NCBI GenBank assembly: GCA_951812955.1
Contig: OX638340.1
Coordinates: 512,001 to 576,000, forward strand
Direction of reading: 5' to 3'
Origin: an uncultured Gemmatimonadota bacterium
Lineage (GTDB): Bacteria > JAAXHH01
Length of the DNA stretch: 64,000 nt
Below are positions 49,237-59,372 of this stretch, one piece after another. Numbering within the stretch: position 1 is the first letter of the stretch; the number at the start of each line of letters is the position of its first letter. The notes under the pieces are model-generated. The model had not been told where the DNA came from. It was given only the letters and a program-made list of their open reading frames with translations, and made no database searches. The position numbers were made by a program, and so were the translations under genes.

Positions 49237-50388
49237 TCACAGCCCAACCGTACATGCGTGTTCAAGCCCAACCACTTCCACGCGGTCGTGAATCCGGAAT
49301 CGCGATTCGCCGGGGAAAACGACGACTAGCCGGTCTAGTTTCAGGTCGGACAACGCCGTGTGCATGGAACGCGTCATCGAAGGCGCGCTGGATCGCTTGA
49401 ACTCGAACCCGGTTCTTCGACCGCCTTCCATGATCAGAAGATCGAGTTCCGACCCGCGATGGGTAGCCCAGAAATAACAGTCCTCCCAGGAAGCGCCCGC
49501 AATTCGGACCACCTCCTGCATGGCGAAACCCTCCCACGAAGCACCGGATTTTGGATGCCCCATGAGATCTGCCTCGTCCTTCACACCCAACAGCGCGTGT
49601 AACAGCCCGGAGTCCGAAAGATACACCTTGGAGGCTTTGACCTGACGTTTCTTAAGATTCTCGTACCATGGTTGCATCCTGCGCGCTACCAATGCGTCGA
49701 CGAGGGTGTCGAGGTATGAATTTACCGTTGGTGCGGTGACGCCAAGTGCGCGGCCGAGTTCGGCTCCATTCCAGTGATTCCCGTGGTAGTGGGCCAACAT
49801 GGTCCAGAATCGACGCATGGATGCGGCGGGAACAGAAATACCGAGCTGCGGCAGATCTCTTTCGAGGAAAGATCGAATGAACGCCGTCCGCCAGGTAAGG
49901 CTGTTCTCGTCGTTCTGGGCAAGGAACGAAGGAGGGAATCCGCCGCGCAACCAGAGTCGGTCCGTTTCAGCCGTACCCGTTTCGTTGATCCGTAGCGGCG
50001 GTAGTTCATAGTATGCGATCCTCCCGGCGAGCGATTCTGAAGACTGGCGAAGTAGTACGGGTCCCGCACTGCCCAGGACCAGAAAACGGGCCGGTGTACC
50101 TGGACGGTCCGAGAGCACACGAAGCAGGCGGAAAAGTCCTTCGTTTCGTTGGATCTCATCGATTACGACCAACCCGCGCAGCGGTTCCAACGCGAGCTTG
50201 GGATCAGACAGTCGCGTCTCGTCGGTCGGGTCTTCAAGATCGAAGAAGGTGACGGGACGCGCTTCGCCCTCTATCAGTTGGCGCGCGAGCGTGGTCTTTC
50301 CAACCTGCCGTGCCCCGATAAGACAGACCACGGGAAACTGGTTTAACAGTTCGCGAATTGCGGTGAGATGTTGGGTCCGTGGGATCAT
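49237..50388 (-). CDS. AAA+ superfamily ATPase of the COG1373 type (AAA_14 plus DUF4143)
   Basis: Walker A VCLIGARQVGKTTL, Walker B VVIDEIQ and a C-terminal DUF4143-like region. Start at ATG 50388; the track uses TTG at 50397. Confidence 0.7.
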   Translation of the reverse strand: MIPRTQHLTAIRELLNQFPVVCLIGARQVGKTTLARQLIEGEARPVTFFDLEDPTDETRLSDPKLALEPLRGLVVIDEIQRNEGLFRLLRVLSDRPGTPARFLVLGSAGPVLLRQSSESLAGRIAYYELPPLRINETGTAETDRLWLRGGFPPSFLAQNDENSLTWRTAFIRSFLERDLPQLGISVPAASMRRFWTMLAHYHGNHWNGAELGRALGVTAPTVNSYLDTLVDALVARRMQPWYENLKKRQVKASKVYLSDSGLLHALLGVKDEADLMGHPKSGASWEGFAMQEVVRIAGASWEDCYFWATHRGSELDLLIMEGGRRTGFEFKRSSAPSMTRSMHTALSDLKLDRLVVVFPGESRFRIHDRVEVVGLEHACTVGL

Positions 50389-50421
50389 ACGGGACAATAT
50401 ATGTGAAAATCGAAAGCGGCG

Positions 50422-51267
50422 CTATTGATTTTCTACATTAGTCCTCGCCCACGCGGCGAAATGTGGCGGAACGACCACGGGGCGCTTCGACGCTTCGATT
50501 TCCTCTCGAACGCGCTGTGGTATGGTATCTACGTCCACTTCTTCCGCGGTGGCAATTCCGTAATGCTCCAGGAGCGGAACAACGCTTCGGAAGGAATTCG
50601 CCACGTAGGAGTAACCCGGCCAGTCGGAGGCGGCGCCGACCAGCAGTCCGGCATCGAGCGTGGGTTCGGGCAGGCCGGCCTCGGTGAAAACCCGGTACAG
50701 TTCCAGCCCCATGGTGGCATTGGCACCGGACCGTTCGAATACCTCGACGATCCAGTCGCCGAGTTGTCCCATGAGCGGTGTGTCGGGGTGCTTATAGGTC
50801 TCTGTAATGGTGAAATCGATCTCCTGGAACATGACAATACCGCCGGGACGTACCTGGTTTAACAATTGCTTCAACGCCGTAACCGGATCGGGAAGGTACA
50901 TGAGCACCAGGCGGCCGACCAGGGCATCGAACCGGTCTCCAAGGTCCATGGTTTGTACGTCGCCGGCAAGGAACGCCACGTTTTCGTATCCCACCTCCTG
51001 GACGCGCGTCCGGGCGATCTCGAGTATATCGGGATTCATATCCACGCCCACCACTTGCCCTTCGGGCCCCACCAGTTCCGCCGCGATCAACGACACGTCG
51101 CCGGCGCCGCTACCGATGTCCAGTACTCGCATGCCTTCACTGATACCGGCCGATGTCAGAAACCGTCTCGTGATCGGCTCGAAAAGGCGTGACTGTTCGA
51201 TCAGGCGTTCCGTCTCTTCATCACTGCGTCCCATGGTATATTTCCGCTGGCTGTTTTGATCCGTCAT
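50422..51267 (-). CDS. Class I SAM-dependent methyltransferase
   Basis: Motif I VLDIGSGAGDVS and post-I acidic residue (VGVDMNPD). Confidence 0.85.
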   Translation of the reverse strand: MTDQNSQRKYTMGRSDEETERLIEQSRLFEPITRRFLTSAGISEGMRVLDIGSGAGDVSLIAAELVGPEGQVVGVDMNPDILEIARTRVQEVGYENVAFLAGDVQTMDLGDRFDALVGRLVLMYLPDPVTALKQLLNQVRPGGIVMFQEIDFTITETYKHPDTPLMGQLGDWIVEVFERSGANATMGLELYRVFTEAGLPEPTLDAGLLVGAASDWPGYSYVANSFRSVVPLLEHYGIATAEEVDVDTIPQRVREEIEASKRPVVVPPHFAAWARTNVENQ

Positions 51268-51439
51268 GTTCGGGATATCTCCTTTCGGGATATGCCGTTG
51301 GTGAGTCCTCGTGCGGACTTGTGGATGTCAGCTTTCGAACTGCCGAAGTTGGGTATCCGGGTCTGACGCGTCAACCCTAAAGTATATATCCTGCTGTCGT
51401 TTGATTTTGGTCAGGGACGATCCGTCACACGTCCTACTC

Positions 51440-51600
51440 CTTCACCGCCTCCTGCACGCTCACCACCCCTGCTCCCTTACCACCGTTGCTCTCCCGCTGC
51501 CCGTTGCTCTCCCGTTGCCCGTTGCTCTCTCACCGCCTCGCTATTCCCTCTCCGCGCCCCTGCCCCTTCACCGCCTCGCTATTCCTTCACTGCCCCGAGC
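51440..51600. repeat. Degenerate CT-rich short tandem repeat array (CCGTTGCTCTCC x3; CACCGCCTCGCTATTCC x2)
   Basis: Read directly. Lies between the sugar ABC permease stop and the methyltransferase start. The track ORF 51311-51604 (LPLPVALPLPVAL) is its translation artefact. Confidence 0.5.
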
Positions 51601-52403
51601 GTGATCCCCTGGACGAATTCCCGCTGCATCGCGAGGAACAGCACCATGATGGGCAGGATGGACAGCAGGGTGCCAGCCATGAGCATGCCGTATTCCTGGC
51701 GGTAGACGCCCACCAGGCTGGCCAGACCGAGGGGCAAGGTGTATTTGTCGGCGTCCCGCAGCACGATCATGGGCCAGAGAAACTCGTTCCAGGCACCGAG
51801 AAACCCAAAGATGCTCAGGGCCCCCATGGCCGGTTTTACGGCAGGAATGATGACGCGCCAATAGATACCGAATTCGGAGGATCCGTCTATCCGGGCCGCG
51901 TCGATGAGGTCCGTGGGCACGCCGAGGATGAACTGCCGCATGAGGAACACGCCGAATCCGCTGGACGCCAGGTAGGGCAGGATTACGCCCTGGTAGGTGT
52001 CCAGCCAGCCGAACTTGTACAGCAGGGTGAAGAGGGGGACCAGCACCAGGTGGAAAGGGATCATCATCGAGGCGAGGACGATGGCGAACAGGATGCCGCG
52101 TCCTTTAAAAGAATACTTGGCGAAGGCGAAGCCGCCCATGGTGGCGATGATCAGGAGCAATAGTGTATGGGAGGTGGCCAGGAAGGTGCTGTTGACTATG
52201 TACTGGATGATCGGCATCTCCTGGAACAGCCGGGTGAAGTTATCGAGCGTCGGATCCTGGGGAAGGAAAGTGGGCGGATAGGAGAAGATCTCGCCAGTCG
52301 GCTTGAACGAAGCGGATACCACCCAGAACAGCGGCGTGAGGACCATAACGGTCAGAAATACCAGGAGAACATAAGTGAGCGCGGTGCGCAGCGGGCTTCT
52401 CAT
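51579..52403 (-). CDS. Carbohydrate ABC transporter permease (MalG/UgpE-like)
   Basis: Six TM helices and an EAA-loop region (IDAARIDGSSEFGIYWRVIIPAVKP). Confidence 0.85.
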   Translation of the reverse strand: MRSPLRTALTYVLLVFLTVMVLTPLFWVVSASFKPTGEIFSYPPTFLPQDPTLDNFTRLFQEMPIIQYIVNSTFLATSHTLLLLIIATMGGFAFAKYSFKGRGILFAIVLASMMIPFHLVLVPLFTLLYKFGWLDTYQGVILPYLASSGFGVFLMRQFILGVPTDLIDAARIDGSSEFGIYWRVIIPAVKPAMGALSIFGFLGAWNEFLWPMIVLRDADKYTLPLGLASLVGVYRQEYGMLMAGTLLSILPIMVLFLAMQREFVQGITLGAVKE

Positions 52404-52407
52404 GTGG

Positions 52408-53259
52408 TCAGTTCTCCCTGAACACGCCGAAGAAGCGGACCTGTATGATAGAAATGACGCCGATAATCACAGCCAGGGCCCAGCCGATTGTGGCCGCGTA
52501 ACCGAGGTTAATGAACTCGAATCCGTGCTTGTACAGGTACATCACCATCGTCATGCTCGCGTTGCCCGGTCCCCCTTCCGTGAGTACGTAGGGCAGGTCG
52601 AAGAGCTGGAACGAACCGATCATGGAGGTGATCACCACGAAGGCGATTACGGGTCTTAGAGCGGGTATCGTCACGTGAATGAAGGTCTGCCAGGTTCCCG
52701 CTCCATCAACAGCGGCCGCTTCGTAGAGCTCACGACGGATGCTCTGCAGCCCAGCGAGGAAGTAGACCATGTTGAACCCGGCCCATCGCCACACACCGGC
52801 CAACACCAGGGCCGGCATGACCAGGTCCGGATCCTGGAGCCACGGGATTTCGAATCCGAGTACCTTGTTGACCAGGCCGTATCGACGATCGTAGAGCAAG
52901 TAGAAGATCACGGCGATGAACACGCCGGAAATCAGGACGGGCGAGAAGAAGGAAAGACGGAACAGGTTCCGGCCCTTCAGACGGGCGTTGCTAAGAAGCA
53001 GGGCAAGTCCCAGAGCCACGGGCAGTTGCAGCAGCAGGCTGCCGAGGGCGAAATAGGCCGTGTTCCAGAGGGCGGTCCAGAAAAGCGGATCGGCGAGCAG
53101 CCGTTCGATGTTCTCGAACCCCACGAAGGTTTGGTGCCGCATGCCCCGGACACTGTACGTACTGAGCCGGATCGAATCAAACAGGGGATAGACCATGAAA
53201 ACGCCGAAAAGCAGGAAGAAAGGCGCGAGGAAGAAGTAGGGTGCGTAACGGGGTTTCAT
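52408..53259 (-). CDS. Carbohydrate ABC transporter permease (MalF/UgpA-like)
   Basis: EAA loop YEAAAVDGAGTWQTFIHVTIPALRP. The stop is adjacent to the next permease. Confidence 0.85.
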   Translation of the reverse strand: MKPRYAPYFFLAPFFLLFGVFMVYPLFDSIRLSTYSVRGMRHQTFVGFENIERLLADPLFWTALWNTAYFALGSLLLQLPVALGLALLLSNARLKGRNLFRLSFFSPVLISGVFIAVIFYLLYDRRYGLVNKVLGFEIPWLQDPDLVMPALVLAGVWRWAGFNMVYFLAGLQSIRRELYEAAAVDGAGTWQTFIHVTIPALRPVIAFVVITSMIGSFQLFDLPYVLTEGGPGNASMTMVMYLYKHGFEFINLGYAATIGWALAVIIGVISIIQVRFFGVFREN

Positions 53260-54620
53260 TCGGTCTCTGACGTTTCGATTTGTGGTGACGGCAGTCTCAA
53301 CGCTCCACCTTCCGTCATGGCGGGAGTATCCTTCATCAGCGCCCGTACCTGTTCCGCCAGGTTCGAAAGCGCTTCGGTGGGCGTCCGAATCCCATTGGCG
53401 GCTTCGTAAACGGCCTGACGCAGGAGGTCGTTTGCCTCGGCCCAGTACGGGTTCAGGTAGAATCCGGGGATGTCAGGCGCGAGTTCGGTCAGGTTTTTCC
53501 CCAGGAACTGGCCGCCGAGGTAGGGGTCAGGCTCGGAGAACACCGGGTTGGACCATGCCGAACGTATCGGCGGAATGATATAGGTCTTGCGGTACCGGTT
53601 GGCCAGCGCCTCGTCGTCCATGTAGGCGTACTTGACGAATTCCCAGGCCAGATCCGGATTCTCGGCCTGGTTCGTGACCGCGATCATCGTTCCGCCCCAG
53701 GTCGAGGTGCGGCGTTCGCCTTCCCGCCAGGCCGGCAGGGGCATAGCCCGCCATTTCCCGGCCAGTTCGGGGACAAATCTCCGTACGGCACCGATATACC
53801 AGTCAGGCGCAAGGACGCCCAGCACCACGCCTTCTTTCATGGCGGCGAAGCTTGCGGGGTCCTGGGAGAATTCCGGGATGGCCAGCCGTTCTTCGTTGAG
53901 GAGTCGGCAGTAGAATTCCAGGGTGGAAACGGCGATTTCGTTGTCGATGATGACTCCGCCGTGCTCGTCGAACATCCCTCCGCCGTTCTGCAAGAGTAAT
54001 AACCAGAAGTGGCCTGGCTTGTGTGCGCTCAGCAGGAGCGGGTACCGGTCCGGACGCCCGTCTCCGTCGCCGTCGCGGGCGAGGGGACGGGTCTCGCGAA
54101 CGAAATCGTCCCAGGTCACAATGGATTCCGGCTCGATTCGCGCTTCTTCGTATGCGTCGTGCCGGTAGAGCAGGACGACGGGATGGACGTCGTGGGGCAG
54201 GCCGTAGACCCGGCCGTCGAGGGACCAGGGCGCCAGCCGGGCCTGGACGAATTCATCCCTGAACCCGTCCACCTCGATGCGGTCCGTCACGTCCACGAAG
54301 CCGATTTCTTCTTTGCTACCTTTAAAGAAGCGCCCTACCGAGGAGATCTCCACTTCGGCGAGGTCGGGCGCGCCGACGCCGGAAAGGAAAGCGGCCAATA
54401 GCTTGTCGTGGCTCTTGGAAATAAGTCGAAGTTCGATTCTTACGCCCGGATTCGCGGCTTCGAAGGCGGGTATCCTCGCGCTGTATTCATCGTAATGGAT
54501 CTGGTGGAAGACCCAGAATTCCAGCGTGTTCGAGCGGTCGTCGCCGCGGAACACGATGACGGGGAAGGCCAGGAGGAAAAGCAGGCCGAAAATCAGCGGG
54601 GCCTTACCTAGATGGTTCAT
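53256..54620 (-). CDS. ABC transporter extracellular solute-binding protein, family 1 (sugar-type)
   Basis: Signal peptide followed by an SBP_bac_1-like sequence. Overlaps the downstream permease start. Confidence 0.8.
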   Translation of the reverse strand: MNHLGKAPLIFGLLFLLAFPVIVFRGDDRSNTLEFWVFHQIHYDEYSARIPAFEAANPGVRIELRLISKSHDKLLAAFLSGVGAPDLAEVEISSVGRFFKGSKEEIGFVDVTDRIEVDGFRDEFVQARLAPWSLDGRVYGLPHDVHPVVLLYRHDAYEEARIEPESIVTWDDFVRETRPLARDGDGDGRPDRYPLLLSAHKPGHFWLLLLQNGGGMFDEHGGVIIDNEIAVSTLEFYCRLLNEERLAIPEFSQDPASFAAMKEGVVLGVLAPDWYIGAVRRFVPELAGKWRAMPLPAWREGERRTSTWGGTMIAVTNQAENPDLAWEFVKYAYMDDEALANRYRKTYIIPPIRSAWSNPVFSEPDPYLGGQFLGKNLTELAPDIPGFYLNPYWAEANDLLRQAVYEAANGIRTPTEALSNLAEQVRALMKDTPAMTEGGALRLPSPQIETSETE

Positions 54621-54679
54621 TTTCTATATTCGTTTCAGGTTTGAGGACTACATACGTGGCCACAATTTAGCCCCGGTTT

Positions 54680-54835
54680 CTAATCCTTAAAAACCGATAT
54701 GAACTCCTGGATACGGAGCTCAACGCGCTGTTTGGGCGTCATCGCGTTTTCAAGAATGTTGTTGGGGCGCTGCAGGTATGCATAGGTCATCAGAATCAGA
54801 CAGACCATAACCACTAACCGAAATAAGGTTTTCAT
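54680..54835 (-). CDS. Possible 51-aa small secreted or membrane protein (not in the ORF track; below its size cutoff)
   Basis: ATG at 54835 preceded by GGGAG. Hydrophobic N-terminus MKTLFRLVVMVCLILMTYAYL. A TAG stop follows. No homology evidence. Confidence 0.3.
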   Translation of the reverse strand: MKTLFRLVVMVCLILMTYAYLQRPNNILENAMTPKQRVELRIQEFISVFKD

Positions 54836-54931
54836 TGTGTTCGCTCCCTATCGCACCAAGTCCTCCTGTCACGGCCTGCCGCTCTAGGTGCCGGATAACG
54901 TGATTCACCTCCCCGAACAAACGCCGATGGA

Positions 54932-56401
54932 TCAACCGTCCCCCATGGCCCGTCGAATGGGCCTCATCACGGGTTCGGTGACCTCTTCCGGCGGCGGGGA
55001 CGTGAAACGCGACACCACGATACCCACCACGGAAGTGGCCATGAAACTCCATGCAACCGGTATGAGCCCTGGATTCGGAAGCCATTCGTAAAACATGGCA
55101 ACGAGCACGGCGTTGCCCACGATGATGGCCGAAATGGCCGCCGTGGCCGTAAAGCGTCGCCAGTGTAGGCCCAGCAGCCAGATTGGGGTCAGCGTGACAA
55201 ATCCCGAGAAGGACAACTGTGCCAGGGCGAATATGGATGCCGGCCTTAGGATCACGATATAGTAGGCGATCCCCCCGAGTATGACGAGGAACAACCGGCC
55301 GAGCACCACCTGTCTGCGCTGGGACAGGCCGTGCCACACGTCGCGGGTGAGCATGGACGACAGGGTGAGCATCTGGGCGTCCAGGGTGGACATGACCGCC
55401 GCCAGGATGCCGGCCAGCGCGAGTCCCTGGATCAAGGGACCGAAGTGGCTGCGGATCACCATGGGGAAGACCAGGTCGGAATCCCGGCCGACGAAATCCG
55501 GAAACTCGATGCGTCCCCACACGCCGTAGAGCGTGGCCACAAGCATCAACCCGATCATGATAATGGGGTAGTACCGAATGGAGTTCTTCAGCGATTTCAC
55601 GTCTTTCGCGGCGAATACGCGCACCAGCAGGTGGGGAAAGGCGAGTACGACCAGTCCCATGGCCATGCCCCAAACGAACCAGTTGCCCGTCGTGAATGGC
55701 GGCGTGTCTTTCGTGGCCGTGAGCTCCGGAAACCGCTGGGCGACTTCCTTCATGACGCCTGAGATGCCTCCGAAATCGGCCGCGACAACGAAGATGGACA
55801 CGTACAGGAAAACGCCGAACACGAGGCCCTGGAACACGTTGGTCCACATGGTCGCCCGCATACCGCCCGTGGTAGTGTAAATCAGCGTGATGATCAGGAT
55901 GCCGGCCGCCGCGACCTCAAAGGAGATCGCCTGTTGGGTGAATACGTCGACGGCCAGTCCCACGCCGGCGACGCCGGTGGACAGGTAGGGCAGCATGTAG
56001 ATGAAGTACACCAGGAAGAGCAGGCGGCCGAGGTTGGGGCTGTCCAGCCTGCGGGCGAGCAGTTCCGCCGGCGTTACGGCGTTCAGTTTCCGCGAGGCGA
56101 TCCAGGCCGGATACCCGATGACGTAGTAGGCCACCGGTATGATCAGGGCCGCCATGGCCGCCGTATAGCCGAACACCCCGTAGCCGTGATGGTACGACAG
56201 GCCCGATATGCCCATGATCAGGAAGGGCGTGATGTTCGTGCCGAAAAGGGCCATGAACATCACCAGCGACCGGGCGAGGCGTCCCCCGAGGAAATAGTCT
56301 TCGGCCGTCGGCTTGGATCGGCGGAACGCGGCGGCTCCGATGGCCAGCACCACGGCGAAGTACACCACGACGACGACGAATATGGTCGCTTCAGGACCCA
56401 T
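54932..56401 (-). CDS. Sodium:solute symporter (SSS) family transporter
   Basis: Thirteen-TM topology with SSS-family N-terminal region and GG motifs. The start overlaps the upstream small ORF by 11 nt. Confidence 0.85.
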   Translation of the reverse strand: MGPEATIFVVVVVYFAVVLAIGAAAFRRSKPTAEDYFLGGRLARSLVMFMALFGTNITPFLIMGISGLSYHHGYGVFGYTAAMAALIIPVAYYVIGYPAWIASRKLNAVTPAELLARRLDSPNLGRLLFLVYFIYMLPYLSTGVAGVGLAVDVFTQQAISFEVAAAGILIITLIYTTTGGMRATMWTNVFQGLVFGVFLYVSIFVVAADFGGISGVMKEVAQRFPELTATKDTPPFTTGNWFVWGMAMGLVVLAFPHLLVRVFAAKDVKSLKNSIRYYPIIMIGLMLVATLYGVWGRIEFPDFVGRDSDLVFPMVIRSHFGPLIQGLALAGILAAVMSTLDAQMLTLSSMLTRDVWHGLSQRRQVVLGRLFLVILGGIAYYIVILRPASIFALAQLSFSGFVTLTPIWLLGLHWRRFTATAAISAIIVGNAVLVAMFYEWLPNPGLIPVAWSFMATSVVGIVVSRFTSPPPEEVTEPVMRPIRRAMGDG

Positions 56402-56618
56402 CGCTGTCCCGCCAGACGTATTGGGTGAAGTAGAGGACGAGCGCGGCTGCGGCGATGACCCAGACCATATGATAGGCCAGGTCGACGGGGAGCCAGCCGA
56501 AAATCGGTGGCGGGGATACTCCGTGGTTGAAGAAATCGACGTGGAGCGCGGCCAGCACGACCACGAGTACCCAGAATACTCTTCTATGGTGTCTTCGCGT
56601 CATGGCTGGCCTGTCCAT
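56391..56618 (-). CDS. Small two-TM membrane protein coupled to the SSS transporter (YhdT / DUF3311 / DUF485-type accessory subunit)
   Basis: 70-75 aa with two hydrophobic helices. Its stop overlaps the SSS start. Such small partner genes are a known feature of SSS loci (E. coli yjcH-actP, yhdT-panF). Confidence 0.55.
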   Translation of the reverse strand: MDRPAMTRRHHRRVFWVLVVVLAALHVDFFNHGVSPPPIFGWLPVDLAYHMVWVIAAAALVLYFTQYVWRDSDGS

Positions 56619-56679
56619 GCTGCCGGTCTATCTCGAAGGTTTCAATCCAGTGATCGCTGATGGCTTCGGGATGTGGCGA

Positions 56680-58047
56680 TCAAGACCCTTTTGATGCTGT
56701 TGCGCCTCGCAAACCGGCCGCGTACCTGCGAGTTTCCGCCGCAACGATGGGCGAAAGGAAAAGCAGGGCCACCAGGTTCGGGAAGGCCATGAGGCCGTTC
56801 ATGATATCGGATACTCCCCAGACCAGTTCCAGCTCTGATACGGCGCCGATTCCTACGAAGAGGCAGAACAGCGTGCGGTAAGGCAGCGCGGAACGCTCAC
56901 CGAGCAGGTACACGACGGATTTCTCGCCGTAGTAGCTCCAGCCCAGGATGGTGGAGTAGGCGAACAGCACCAGGCCAATGGCTACCAGGTGGCCACCGAA
57001 TCCTCCCGGCAGTCCCGCAGTAAATGCAGCGGCGGTGAGCGGCGCTCCGGTGTCGCCGGATAGCCATACCCCCGTGCCGATTATGGTGAAACCTGTGATC
57101 GTGCACACCACAAGCGTATCGATGAAGGTCTGCGTCATGGACACCAGGGCTTGCGTGACCGGATCCTTCGTTTGCGCGGCGGCGGCGGCGATACCCGCGC
57201 TCCCCAGCCCGGATTCGTTGGAGAAGATGCCTCTCGCCACGCCGAACTGGACCGCCTGGCGGACCATGGCCCCGGCGAAGCCCCCGGCAGCCGCGGTGGG
57301 TGTGAAGGCGTGCATGACGATGAGTTCGAAGATGCCCGGGATCGCGGATGCGTTAATGAGGATGGCCGTCAGTCCGCCCAGGATGTATAGCACGATCATC
57401 GTGGGGACGATCAGGCTGGCCGCGCGTCCGATGCTCTTGATCCCGCCTATCAGGACCAGTCCCGTGCCGGCCATGAGCACGATACCCGTAACCCAGGGCG
57501 AGACCCCGAAGGTACTCTGGATTACGTCGGCCATGGAGTTCGACTGCGTCATATTCCCGATGCCGAAGGCCGCGAGCGCGGCAAACAGGGCGTAAGCGGC
57601 GCCGAGCCACTTCCATCCCAGGGCATTGGAAATGTAATACATGGGACCGCCCCTCATGAGTCTCTTCGAATCGGTCTCGCGGTACTTGACGGCCAGGACG
57701 GCCTCGGAGTACTTGGTGGCCATGCCCACCAGGCCCGTCATCCACATCCAGAAAAGCGCGCCCGGTCCGCCGGCCGCGATGGCCGTGGCCACACCCGCGA
57801 TGTTTCCCGTACCGACGGTCGCTGCCAATGCCGTCATCAGGGCCTGGAAATGGCTGATATCGCCCTCCGCGTCCGCCTCGCGGCGGCGTACGAAGGCCAG
57901 ATACAGTGCGTGGCACAGGGAGCGGAATTGCACACCCTTCAGCAGGACCGTAAGGTAGAGACCCGTACCGCCCAGCAGCACCAGCATGGGTAGTCCCCAA
58001 ACGAGTGCCTGAACGTTGCCGACGTAATCAAGAAACGTGTTTTCCAT
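56680..58047 (-). CDS. Alanine/glycine:cation symporter (AGCS) family
   Basis: N-terminal motif [18 protein letters not shown] and overall AGCS topology. Confidence 0.85.
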   Translation of the reverse strand: MENTFLDYVGNVQALVWGLPMLVLLGGTGLYLTVLLKGVQFRSLCHALYLAFVRRREADAEGDISHFQALMTALAATVGTGNIAGVATAIAAGGPGALFWMWMTGLVGMATKYSEAVLAVKYRETDSKRLMRGGPMYYISNALGWKWLGAAYALFAALAAFGIGNMTQSNSMADVIQSTFGVSPWVTGIVLMAGTGLVLIGGIKSIGRAASLIVPTMIVLYILGGLTAILINASAIPGIFELIVMHAFTPTAAAGGFAGAMVRQAVQFGVARGIFSNESGLGSAGIAAAAAQTKDPVTQALVSMTQTFIDTLVVCTITGFTIIGTGVWLSGDTGAPLTAAAFTAGLPGGFGGHLVAIGLVLFAYSTILGWSYYGEKSVVYLLGERSALPYRTLFCLFVGIGAVSELELVWGVSDIMNGLMAFPNLVALLFLSPIVAAETRRYAAGLRGATASKGS

Positions 58048-58319
58048 ATCGTTTTCCGTGTGAGGGTGAAGAGGAGAATAACGAAGGCCAACCTAAGAGC
58101 CCACTCGAATCGCTGTCAAGCACTTTCATTTTGTTGCTTGATCTTTAAACGCCCCGTTTTTATAGTGAACCATCGCCGGTGACGGTTGGAAGAGACCAGG
58201 CCGGTTTTCCGTCTTTCATGGCAGTACCAGCTTCTATGGCAGAACCTTTGTCGCAATACCAGTTTTATGTCAGAACCTTCGTGGATGAACCAGCATTCAC
58301 CAACTGAGGATCATGCTAC

Positions 58320-59309
58320 ATGTCAACACTACAGATCGGCATTGCCGGCGCCGGCGGCATGGGCGGCCACCACGCCCGGATGATTTCCGCCCGGGAGGAC
58401 GCCCGGGTCGTGTCCCTGTTCGATACAGACCCCGTGGCGATGAACCGTTTGGAGAAGAACCTGGGAACGGCGGCGCAGGGCCTGAACCACTATGGGTCGC
58501 TCGAAGCAATGATCGATTCAGAGGAACTGGACGGCATCGTCATCGCCACCCCTCATACCCGGCATGCGGACCAGGTTCGCGCCAGCCTGGAAGCGGGTCT
58601 GCACGTCCTCGTGGAAAAGCCCATGGCGACGACTACGCGGGACGCCAGAGACTTCATCGCGTATTCAGAACGGGCGGGCAAGGTGCTTGCCGTCGCCTAT
58701 CAGCGCCATGGCGAGGGCAAGTTCATAAAGGCTCGGCAGATGATCGCGGAAGGAGCCATCGGCGACGTACGGCTCGTCCACGTCATCATCGCCCAGGACT
58801 GCCTGGGGATCTTCAGTCCCGGCGCGTCCTGGCGCGCGGACCCCGAGTTATCCGGCGGCGGCCATTTCATGGATACGGGCAGCCATATCAACGACATCCT
58901 GTTGTGGACGACCGGACTGGAACCGAAGTCGGTCCACGCCTTTATCAACCCGGAAGGCACTCTGGTCGACGTGAATACAGCCATTTCGGTGGAGTTCACC
59001 AACGGCGCCGTCGGCAATCTTTCCTACACGTCCCTGTCGCCCGAATGGCGGGAAGAGTTTACCTTCTACGGTACGGAAGGCGTGATGCGCTTCGGCGCGT
59101 CGGAGCCGCTGTTCGTCCACCGCAAGGGCGAGGATATACGGTTGCCTCAGACCCCCGGCCGAGGAAAGCCGCCGGCGGACAATTTCATCGAAGCCATACA
59201 GGGCGAGGCGGACGTACAGGCGCCGCCCATCTGCGGATTGCGCGTGGTACAGCTGACCGAGGCGGCCTACAAATCGGCCGCGAGCGGTAAGCCCGAGGCA
59301 GTCGGTTGA
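58320..59309 (+). CDS. Gfo/Idh/MocA family NAD(P)-dependent oxidoreductase
   Basis: N-terminal IGIAGAGGMGGHHA Rossmann motif and VLVEKPMA consensus. Confidence 0.85.
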   Translation: MSTLQIGIAGAGGMGGHHARMISAREDARVVSLFDTDPVAMNRLEKNLGTAAQGLNHYGSLEAMIDSEELDGIVIATPHTRHADQVRASLEAGLHVLVEKPMATTTRDARDFIAYSERAGKVLAVAYQRHGEGKFIKARQMIAEGAIGDVRLVHVIIAQDCLGIFSPGASWRADPELSGGGHFMDTGSHINDILLWTTGLEPKSVHAFINPEGTLVDVNTAISVEFTNGAVGNLSYTSLSPEWREEFTFYGTEGVMRFGASEPLFVHRKGEDIRLPQTPGRGKPPADNFIEAIQGEADVQAPPICGLRVVQLTEAAYKSAASGKPEAVG

Positions 59310-59372
59310 TCCGGACTATCTCGGTCCAGTTAGATCGAGCACGGTCATGTACAACATCCTTTGAGGAGTAAG

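Noticed and set aside
51440-51600. Repeat array considered as a CRISPR locus
   Set aside because: The units are 12-17 bp and degenerate, with no regular unique spacers of 30-40 bp and no cas genes nearby.
51311-51604. 97-aa ORF with LPLPVALPLPVAL repeats
   Set aside because: It is a translation of the CT-rich DNA repeat array and is not a credible gene.
54750-55847. 365-aa minus-strand ORF in a different frame overlapping the SSS transporter
   Set aside because: It is Arg/His/Gly-rich nonsense. The SSS frame gives a coherent 13-TM transporter.
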